From Azolla caroliniana (lineage: Eukaryota > Plantae > Polypodiophyta), in contig JBHGNT010000002.1 in NCBI GenBank assembly GCA_043228905.1, positions 8,618,001 to 8,682,000 on the forward strand: a stretch of DNA of 64,000 nt, written 5' to 3'. The notes below the pieces were generated by a model. That model saw nothing but the letters and a program-made list of their open reading frames with translations, had not been told where the DNA came from and did not search any database. A program made the translations under genes and the position numbers. The stretch's first letter is position 1. Every line of letters begins with the position of its first letter. Shown here one piece after another: positions 33,997 through 44,400 of the stretch.

Positions 33997-36900
33997 GTTG
34001 CACACTATGTGGAAATTATATTTTTGTCCCTCCGGATAGAGAATGGAGTGCTCGGTGAGAACCGGAAGAAAACGGCATACCGGCAAGGAGGAAAACGGCA
34101 TACCGGCAAGGAGGAAAACGGCATACCGGCAAGGAAGAAAACGGCATACCGGCAAGGAAGAGCCGGATAAAGAGACATAAATGTAAAAAAAAGAAGGAAA
34201 TACTCACTACTGCGCAGGGCGTGATTCGAACTCTGCACCTCCACGTTGACAAACCCCAACCTTACCATTACATTAACTTATCTTAAGTGTTTTAAATATA
34301 GATTTAATACGTATAAGACCTTTATTTATGCATACCTTTATTAAAAGGTAAATTGTGTATTTTTTAATATATGAAAAAGAAAAACATGAGACACTAAAAA
34401 TAACTCATGCACATCTAGCGTGCATGAGCCCTATACTTAGGAAATAAAAAAGCATCACATGCACATTTAGTGGACATGAACTCTTTTTGTAAAAAAAAAA
34501 GCATGAAGCCATGCTTAGCTCTTCTTTCCTTATATAAGGAGGAGAGAAATATGTAAAGGGTTGTTGATTATTTGGATTAAGTATTAATCAATACAAAATT
34601 TATTCGTGGGATTCACGATTTATACATCTACTTCTCTCTTAACACCCTAAGTACCAATTAATATAGTATACTCGTGTGATTCACGAGTTTCTTATCTTTC
34701 TCTTTGCTATTTACTCATAATTAATCTCTATCTCACGAACTTCTTTCTCCTAGTCCAAGACCTCTGTGGTTCCCACCCGACTCACGCAACGATCCGGAGC
34801 TGAAAGGCACGACAACGTCCCTTGGAAATTAGGGAGCCGCACTCCGTCCATGTGCAAAACCTGAAAAGCAAAATGAAAATCAATCCTCACGCTACTGTGG
34901 TGCCATTTTTGGTAATGGTTGATCAAGAACAATGCCCAACAGTAGCAGATTTCAAGTATAGCTCTGCAGACGATTACACATACTATGTAATCGGAGGATC
35001 ACATTCGGCCGAAGCTCGACGACAGCTTGTCAAAGAATATCCTCTCACGCCGTTCTTCAAATACGCCGAATGTAAGGTATATGCAGGACTAACTCACGAG
35101 GAGGCGAAGCTGCTCGCATGGGACCATAACAATGACAATGATTATAGGCAAAAGATGTCATGTATAGAGAGGATAAGATTTTTTCATCATGAATACCTCG
35201 ATGCCTTGAATCGTTTTGGTCCAAGATTGTGGCCTGGATTGCGACGTCAGTGTTTATTGGAAGTAGGGATTGCAGTGGATGAGAGTACCAAATCCGAAGG
35301 TCTCCGAAAATATGATTCTTGGTTTCAACTAGCTTTTCGGACCGGAGAGGTGTGGGATGTCCAAGACAAAATATTCTCTATGTGGGAGCGGAAAGAAGTC
35401 AAGGGGCAAAGATAAAAAAAGGGAAGAATTGATCCACAAGTTGAGATGAAATCAAAGACCCCTTGGAGATCATTACAAGGTATCAAAGATGATAGATTGT
35501 TAATATCCGTGCTATCTCGAGTGGTCGCCAAGGAATTTAGTTTGGACGAGATGGTAACAGACTTGCAAAAGTAAGTGTTTATAGTATACCTTTTCATGAA
35601 AGTCTTCAATTATTTTGAATATCTTATTTCTAATTTCATATTGATTGTGCAGTCACAAGGTATACATGAAGATTCAGGAGTTGATGATGCAAAAACTGAG
35701 TTTACCGACATGGGAAGAAGTTGAACAAGCCTGCCCGATAACTTCTTCCTACAAGGCATTGGAGGAATATTTTATTGTATTTAGAGAATGAGTATGTGTC
35801 TTTTGAATGTTGATATGTTAGAAAGTAATGTTCCCTGCTAACAACAATGACACTTGCAGAAACCATCAAAATCGAAAAAGAACAATGACAATAATGACGG
35901 TATTCCAGCGGCCTTCATCACGCACTTAGAACGTGCGAAATATGAGAAGAGAATGACCAAAGGGAAGGAAATGGAACTGCCCGAGGATTCGGAGACTGTA
36001 AAGAGTTTTTTGCATAGGTCCGATCCTTTCAAACAGCTTCATTATAGTGTTTTCAATGGCGAAGTATCCCAGATGCTCGAACTGTTACCGAGAAGGCACT
36101 ACACTTTGCTGATAGCTGACATACCATATGGTTTCCGTATTGCGGGATCAACATATGATGATGTGCCTTTCAAGTACCCTCAGATCGAGAAAATGGTAAA
36201 GGATTTCGCAGAACTGACATTGGCCCCCTTGTGGAGGATAGTCATATTTCATAGCATGGGGCAATCACTGTCAGTCACAACAGCTTTGAAGTCCCGTTGT
36301 CATTCCACTGAACACATGCATTGGTGCGTTATAGTTCGCTTTTACTCATTACAGTACTTCTTATTATATGTACACATTTACACCTCTAATACTTGATTTT
36401 CTTTCTCTATAGGATCAAAACAAATATTACACGTAGCCCTGGCGATCGAATGGTTAGTGCGGTTGAACATTTTTGTGTGGGCTACTATGATTCAATTACA
36501 AAGAAGAAGGCTAGAGCACATGTCAATGAGCGTAACGTGGTTAACTACATCATGTGCCCAGCTGTAACCAAAAAATTAAGACGTGTGTCAGGGGATAAAA
36601 GTATGGTGAACCCTTATCAAAAACCTCAAAGATTGATCAACCGCCTCATAGAGCTCTTCTCGAATCTAGATGATTGGGTCCTAGACTTGGTCTCTGGCAC
36701 AGGTATAATATATATATTTAATTTCAATCCTGTCAATCAAGTTTAAGACGTTACTTCTTATATATACTTGTTTGTGTTCATGCGACCATTAGGTACAACG
36801 ACAACTTGTGCATTGAAGATGTTTAGAAACTGTGTTGCATTGGAGAAGGACCCTGCTCAAGTTAACTTCATCAAAATGAGGATCACAGGAATTTGGGACT

Positions 36901-37872
36901 GTCCAGATCAGGATCAAGAAGTCGGAGCAAAACACATCAACGAGACAGAGATGTTCCAGATGACTTCACGAGATCCAATGGAACCAATTGATGAAGAAGC
37001 AGGGGAGCTGGTGGACCTGGAAGATGTAGCACAGTTTGACCATACATCAGATTCGGGAGAGCTTGGAGATGACACGAATGAACACAGTCTAGAACAATCA
37101 ACGCCAGAGGAGCCTGCTCTGCCTGATTTGCTTATAGATTGATGTAGATGGCGTAATGTAAAAATTGAGGATTTTGAGGCATAATGTTCACCATCACTTC
37201 ATATTATATTTGTATATGAGAACATCTGTAATTGTTTATCGTTTAATTAAATTCACCTGTTCATAATTTCCCTTTTTAATCATTATTGGAACCGTTGTTT
37301 GTATTTACATATAATTGGTCACCATGCTCTTCTTCAGTTTGAGATATTAACATGATATTGTAATTTCTCATTTCCGTTAGCATGACTGTATATGAAAAGG
37401 CGAATTTTTTTGATAATAAGAGGTTTTTAGTTACCTACGGTTCAAGTCTACTGGTTCCACATAGTATAAATGAATGTCGTACGTAATTGTTACTCTTACC
37501 AATTACATTGTCATGAACTATATGACATTATACAATGAAACTATCGATATACCCGTCCAACAAGTGGGGTACTACTTTATTCCTAAACCCAAAACCACAT
37601 ATTTATAATTACGGTTTATGTAGTTTTACTCTACAATTTGAATATGGATACCAATTTTAGAACTTTATATTGAACCAAGTCTTCAATTGTGCTCCATGAT
37701 ATGCAAATTGACACGAATGTGGACACATAAACAATTTAGTAATTGCTAGGTTTTTTTTGTTCTATATTTAACCATCAAGTCGCAAAAAGGGTACGCATGC
37801 ATCGTATATTTTCGATATCAGGCTAAAATAGGGTACTTTTCTACATCTGGCCAACTATGCCAAAAGAGAATA

Positions 37873-37905
37873 CGACATATTACCTGTTTCAAATGACCCG
37901 GTGTT
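37873..37905 (-). repeat. Right terminal inverted repeat
   Basis: Exact reverse complement of 17478-17510. Confidence 0.95.
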
Positions 37906-37909
37906 AAAT

Positions 37910-38680
37910 ACTAAATGCCCTTAGAGACAAGAACAAAACCGAACATGGCGCACGAACATGAAGAAGACGAGCACATGAGCACACCGCACCACAAAAATGC
38001 CGACCCCAACGAACCACGACCGCTTGAACGGCGAGCACACAGGCTTGCAACGACGAACGGGGATGAAGCAACGCCAAACCAATGAGGCTCGGGCTCACGA
38101 GCATCGTAAACGACCCGAACACGAAGAAGACGAGCACGTGGTGAATGAGGGGATGAAGGGGTATGAGTTGAAGAAAATGGTGAAGATGAAGATGAAGGCT
38201 CTGAAAGAAAAATGACGATAGTCTCCTCCTCCCAAAACGTCCTCCCAAATGACCCCCAATCAACCTCCTTTTATAGGAAAAAAGTGGACGGGGGTCGCCA
38301 ATTTTGTCCTCAATGCAAAAGGAATAAAATTCCTTAAATCACGCTGTATTGTAAGACCAAATTTGAACCATGCACCTTTGGCTAGGAGTCAATGTGACTA
38401 ACCACTAGTCTATTAACTCTCCCTTATATAATATGTAATTTTATATCTAGAAATTCATAGCCTATCTCCTCTCTACTTTTCATCTCCCCTCTATCTTACT
38501 TTTCATCTCTCCTCTCTCTTACTTTTTATACGAGTTTCTATACCTCCTTTGCACCTTTCCTTTTTCCTTTTCTTTTCCATGTGCACAATTAATTGACTTT
38601 GTGTGCACACACATTGCACATGCACATTTTGACCCCATTTCGCCAGTTTTTCCCACACTTGAGCACGCCACATCACGACA
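37910..38680 (-). repeat. Right part of the LTR interrupted by the DNA transposon
   Basis: Ends CATCACGACA, followed by PPT-like CTATCTCCTC (GAGGAGATAG on the minus strand). Confidence 0.5.
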
Positions 38681-39099
38681 CTATCTCCTCGACCCGGGCA
38701 CCTCAGCGTGCTATCTCCCTTTGTTGCGCATTAACCTTCCAAAGGCTCCACCCGTACATCAACGTCGACCTCCTTCGAATATGTGCTCGTTCCTAGGTCC
38801 TTAAGTGACCACATTACACACTTCTCGTTTCACCCTTGCCCGTGGTGTTCTCTCACGGTAGAGTGCGCCACCATCCCGACATCTGTGTACTGTTCTCCGC
38901 TTCAGTGTCCTCCATCGCCTCCATCATCATTGTCTTGTTGTCCCGATGAACACCTCTCGAATTTGCTCAGGCCCACTCGGCCCTCGTAGCTCACCGTGGT
39001 GCTCCGGTCACCTCCTTCGGAACTCTTGTCCACTTCGGCCTATGACTCCCCGCCGCCACCCTCCGTCTCTTCAGTCTTACGTTGATTCGCAACCGCCGA

Positions 39100-40636
39100 A
39101 GTCTCAAAAATAAGTGTGGAGGGTTCCTCTTGTTTTCGGTCTTTCGAGTCATAGCCATTGTGCTCCCTTGGCCTTCTTCTTGTGGTCATCGGCTTCAACT
39201 AGGGGTTGTGGCTCGTTCGCCTCGATCTCCGATTAGGCCGGCTTAGCCCTTGTTCGGATTGGTTTCAGCCAATCGGTTCTTAGCTCCATTGGCCTTCGTC
39301 TGCATTCTCATTCAGCCGATCGGTTTTGACCGAGTTGGCCTCCTTTCGGGTCCGATTCGGCTGATCGGTTTCGATTGAGTCGGCCCCCTTCCGGGTCGGG
39401 CTTGGCCGTTCAATTTTGACTGGCCAAGTTGGGCTCAGTTGATCAGCTCCCGTTCGGTTCTTCTTCCATTGGATCTTCTTCCATCCGAGTTGGATTACTG
39501 GCTGGATTGTCTTCTGGTCGGTTTGGTTGCCAACTCTTCCTTCCTTGCCGCTTCCTGCCTCTCCATTGAACTCTACTGAGACTTTCCTTTGGCCTCCTCG
39601 TCAGCCACCTCCTCTCATGTTGGCACTCGGGCACAACTACCGAAGTCTCCAGAACTAGTGTTGAGGGATCTCGTCTTTGTCTGCTATGAATCACCTCATT
39701 ATCCTTGTCATTGTCTCAGTCCTCCGCTTTCTTGCCACCACCTTTTGTCTCTCCGGTCTCACGTTGGCACACGGGCACAACCGCCAAAGTCTCTAGAACT
39801 AGTGTGGAGAAATCTTCGGCACCATCGATCACCGACAACTTGTCCATAGCTACCTCAGATTGGATGCCATTGTCCATGGCTATCTCTTCCCCTCCATAGG
39901 CTTTTCTGTCCTCGATCATACAAGCTTCAATTATGCTTGCATCTCCTTTGCTCGATGTTTCGGTCCACTATCCCCCGAAACATTTGTCCACTTTCGAAGT
40001 GGCCTCGGTCGCTCTATAGTTTCCAACCCCATCCTTGGTTGTCACTTCTCTGCAAGATGAGAGGGTGGCTTGCTCCACACCCTCTCCTGTGGTACTATGG
40101 TACCATCCTTCGGCCTCCGTATTGGCCCCGTCTTTCGTGCTTAGGGATGCGTCTCCTCCCTTGTCCTCTGGTCCTCTCAAGCCCGAGTCCATGGTAGACC
40201 CTTCTTCGGCTTCGACCTGAAGAGAATGAGCTCGGCCACAACCAAGTTTCAAATACCAATGGAAGATTAACAAGAATATGAATCAATGCACTTACACAAT
40301 CAAATGAGATGACACCAGATATTTACATGGAAAACCTCTAGAGGCAAAAACCACGGGAGTTCTCAGACTCTTAACAAGATCACTATGAGAAGAGGTACTA
40401 CAATGTGAGACTCTAAGGCAATGACCTTGAGCTCTGTCTTCGCCAACCAGTGGTTACAACAAAAGCAACTTTTGTGTCTCTCACTCTCTCACTCTCTCAC
40501 ACTCTCTCTCTTTGTACAACAATACGAATGATAACACACATTACAATCATTGCCCTAGTTATATTTATACTTATATAACTTTAGGGCTATTTACAAATAT
40601 GACCTCTATAGTCACATTGGAACATATTTACTAATA
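39100..40636 (-). mobile_element. Degenerate Copia-type 5' LTR (40260-40636) with decayed PBS and leader
   Basis: LTR resembles 15001-15500; PBS remnant TGGTATTTGAAAC at ~40246-40258; left boundary approximate. Confidence 0.55.
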
Positions 40637-41039
40637 TGGTCGGCCAGATATCTTCCGGATCCACCCGATCCGGTTTTTGGATACCTTCCATATCCATCCG
40701 GTTTGGTTCCTTCCTTCGACTCATCCAATCTGGCTCGTCCGATTCTCATACGGATCGTTTTCCCAACAAACTCCCCCTTCACTCTAGCATTGGATGTCTC
40801 ATCAATCCGATCCATCTTTAGCGCTCGTCCAACTTGTTGGTTGACAACACCTTGGTTAGCATGTCCAACCTGTTCTCCTTTGTGTGGATCTTCATTAGCG
40901 AAAAATCTTTGTCTTCTACCTTCTCCCGGAGCCAGTGATATCTTCTCTGGATGTGCTTGGTTTGGGAGTGGTAGGCTGTGTTCTTTGCAAGGTGGATGGC
41001 GCTTTGACTGTCGCAGTAGAGCCATAATTCCTCCTGTCG

Positions 41040-41435
41040 AATCCCTAACTCTCCGATGAAGTCCTTTAGCCAGATTATTTCCTTGCCGGCTTCAACAACC
41101 CCGCTTCTATTGTCGACAATGCCACCGATTTTTGCAGTCTTGATTGCCGTGATACCGCCCCCCCTGCATAGGTCATGATATATCCGGACGTGGACCGGCT
41201 GGTATCTACATCAGCCGATATATTTGAATTGGTGAATACTTCAAGTTGGGGTTTACCTAAGCCGAATCAGAGGCACAAGCTCGAGGTGCCTTTTAGGTAC
41301 CGGAGTATCCACTTGATGGCTGCCTAGTGGTCCTTTCCTGGATTGCTCATGAACCGACTGTCCACTCCGACTGCGTATAGGATATTTGGTTGTGTACACA
41401 CCATTGCATACATGAGGCTTCCAACTATAGAGGCA
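41040..41435 (-). pseudogene. Copia RT/RNase H fragment
   Basis: Minus-strand translation VGSLMYAMVCT...FMSNPGKDH*AAIKWILRYLKGT. Confidence 0.75.
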
Positions 41436-44400
41436 TACAATATGTGCACATGGTTTTCTATGGTTGTTTCATCTATAATTCGTATATAAAAAGGAAATAC
41501 ATAAAATCTACACTATATGATAGTTGTCCTAATGGTAAGGCAATCATCTTGTATCTTAGAGGTGCAAGGTTCAAACCTTGCTTGCACCCCTCTATATGAA
41601 CTCAAGTGCCACTAGGCCTTAGGTTTATTTGCTAAGTGCATGTGCAATGTTGCACATCCTTGGTTTATTCGTCTCACTCGGTTTAACACAGTAGCCGAAA
41701 ATCATCACGACAACGTAACACGATCCCTTGATACCGATAGCCTGTGGGCTCATCGAAGGTGTTTCCCCAGAAACGGTTAACACAATTTGGCACGCCTAGT
41801 TACAACTATAAGGTCACAATGAACTACATAGGAGGCAAACCCCAGTCGCCATTACGGCACCCAATCGCATCACGCGGTCTAGGCCACCTGCTTGACGCCC
41901 TGCGCCAGTCGAAGGAACTTCCGACTCAGTGGTCACTGACCAATCGTTCTAGGAACTATCGGAGGCTCACCGGTTTCAATCCTCGCCACCCGATACCTAG
42001 TCACGAGTTGATTCCGCACCGACCTCCCCGCCGAGCCCTCCAGAGGTCACCAAACCTGACCCTAACCCTTTTCTGGCTTTACCTGAGGACCCAGATCTCG
42101 ATACCATGCCTTAACCTTACCCACGATATACAGATGGCCCCGATGCGGAATCACACACCCATGCTTTTGTGTTCACATGGCAGGCCAACCACTTGATGCA
42201 GCGGTTATCGGCTGCTGAAATCGAGGCCTCCAAAATCGCGGAATTTGCTTTATCCCTCCATGGTTCGACTGCTCGATGGTACTCCCGCCTCGACATGGGG
42301 GAGTTCACAACGTTCTAGGACGTCCGGACAAAGTTTCTAGAATTATTTCACCGCCAAGTTCTGAAGCGTGAACTACTCCGAAAATTCTTTTCCACGAGCC
42401 AAGAACCTCACGAGACGGTCACCCAGTTCACGATTCGGTTTCAGGATCTCTATCGACAACTGGCCGACAATGTCTCCGCTCATCACATTCCGGATACCTT
42501 CCTGTCCAGTGTACGGGAGCCTCTACGAACGACTCTCACACTTACAAATTTCTTTAACCAGACTATCAAGCAAGTCATCGCACGCGTCCTCGCCATCGAT
42601 CAGACACAACATAACACGGTTTTCTCAATGGGCTCTTTGCAAAGCTCCCTTCCTCAGGAGGACAATCATTTCCAACAAGCCCTCCAATGCACGACCTGCT
42701 CAGGCTCAGGCCATCTGGCTCTTGAGTGCCCTCACCGGCTACACTGCCCAATATGTCAGTCCCGAGCTCACACGATCGAACAATGTGAGTATAACATTCT
42801 CAACCACACAACGACGACTCCGGTTTGCCAGATCGAGCTGCGCAATACATACTCCCGACAGGATGAACGTTAGTCATACCAACATCGGGCAAACGAGCGA
42901 CCACAATCCCCGGATCGCCAGCGCTGCGACGATGACTACCGCTGCGACGACGATTGGTACTGCCACGACAATCGCAGGAGATCAGTAGACCGTCGGGACT
43001 AGTACCACGATGACCAATATTGAGAAAACGATGAGTATGCTCGGTATGACGACGACCGGGATGACTGGCACGATCAACGATATTCACGAAACGATCGAAG
43101 AAACTCTTATAGAGGTCCACGGAACAATCGACGGAAGAACGATAATCGTCGTCGAGACCCCCCTCCAAAAGTCCCGCACAACGCGCTGCGGGCCAACACG
43201 CCTACACAAGCGGCCGGGAACCACTCACGCCCTTTCCCACACACTAAGCACGGTGACACCAGCAACTCGGCATCCATTACTTGCTTTAAGTATAACCAAC
43301 CTGGCCACTACGCTACCCAATGCCCAACCACAGACTGCGGCAAGGCCCCGGCTGTAAATACTATTATGGCCGACGTTCAACATGTCACTACATGTAGCAA
43401 GAACCAAGCCAGCCAATGGCAAGAACAAGATGACGTCCGACAAGCAACCAAGGAATGGATTGAGATCGCCAATAAAAGCAATGTGGCACGGATGCACACA
43501 GAGATGCACGACGTGACCATCGGCGCACCACCAGCCGCAGGACCATCCACCACGGCAGAAGATGACCATCTATGGGAAGCCCTTACAAGCGCTAGGATCT
43601 CACTGACATCACATAAGCTTTTACCACTCATGCCGCGCTTTCGGGATACCTTGACTACGCTCACAACTAATGACAAATCGGTCGCACCCCCTCTTAACTT
43701 GATGGAGCCAGGGATGGGCCCACCCCTCATGGATTCCCAGAATCCAGCCGTGAAAATCATGATTAAAGGACACGACCTTCATGGGTGCATAATCGACGGT
43801 GGCTCCGACGTGAATGTCATCAACGAGGCCACATGTCACACCCTCGGCCTAAACCAATGGGAACCTTGCCCCTTTTGGCTTCGGATGGTCGATACGCGAT
43901 CGGTTCGCCCCATCGGGTTAATCCACCACCTTGATTTCATGTTAGGCGGCCACATGTTCACTATCTCGGCAGTCGTGTTACGCCTCGAAGCTCTAGGCGC
44001 TTACCCAATGCTGCTTGGCCGACCCTGGCTGTGTAGAGCAAATATTAAACAACATTAGCAATGGAATATGATCTCTTTCCGCCGGGGGAAGTCCAAGGTA
44101 TGGGTAATAACAGAAGAATGCCTAACCACGCCCCACAACACTACACCCTTATACGCGGAAGGGGTACACATGCTCGACATCTTAGTCGATGAAGAGGTGG
44201 ATGACTTCCTGGAAGACCACCCTACTATCATACCCCTCTTTGAAATAAACGCCATTTCGGGTTTCGGCACACCACTGGATGAGGATGGCACGGCAGATTC
44301 CCTTCCCTAGGACGAAGCCAATTCCACAACTATCGGGGAACTACGACAAACTCGGGATGCGTTCGAACGAGAACTCGCCATCTCCCAGCGGGTCAAAGCA

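Larger units (their letters stand above)
22005..34814 (+). mobile_element. Full-length Ty3/Gypsy retrotransposon (tRNA-Trp primed, 4-bp TSD, possibly Phygy-like) inserted in the cargo gene
   Basis: LTRs 22005-22850 and 33984-34814 are nearly identical; TSD ACGT (22001-22004 / 34815-34818); PBS TGGTGAACCCGACGTGAA at 22855-22872; PPT GGAGGGGGCGAG. Confidence 0.95.
20775..37142 (+). pseudogene. Spliced ParB/Srx-like + beta-class N6A/N4C DNA methyltransferase fusion gene (transposon cargo), disrupted
   Basis: Inferred exons 20775-20800, 21170-22004 joined to 34819-35570, 35653-35791, 35860-36323, 36413-36702 and 36793-37142 (2856 nt, 952 codons; GT..AG introns with consistent phase); motifs YYVIGGSHSAEAR, LIADIPYG, HWIKT, PYQKP, VLDLVSGTGTT and RNCVALEKD; stops at 21765, 35413 and 35789. 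Confidence 0.85.
17478..37905. mobile_element. Sola1-like cut-and-paste DNA transposon (~7.6 kb once the 12.8-kb nested retroelements are removed)
   Basis: Perfect 33-bp TIRs AACACCGGGTCATTTGAAACAGGTAATATGTCG (17478-17510 / 37873-37905); TSD AAAT (17474-17477 / 37906-37909) fits the AWWT target of Sola1; encodes a DDD transposase. Confidence 0.88.

Noticed and set aside
34822-37142. Bacterial contamination or prophage origin of the methyltransferase segment
   Set aside because: Motifs are split by AT-rich GT-AG introns, and the gene is interrupted by a plant retroelement with a TSD inside eukaryotic TIRs.
17480-37903. CACTA/Transib or piggyBac assignment from CACC...GGTG ends and the TTAA flank
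   Set aside because: That register gives no matching TSD (ATAA vs TTAA). The AAC...GTT register gives a perfect AAAT TSD, and the transposase motifs are Sola1-like.
41527-41590. Functional tRNA gene
   Set aside because: A/B-box-like motifs are present but I could not build a convincing cloverleaf or acceptor stem.
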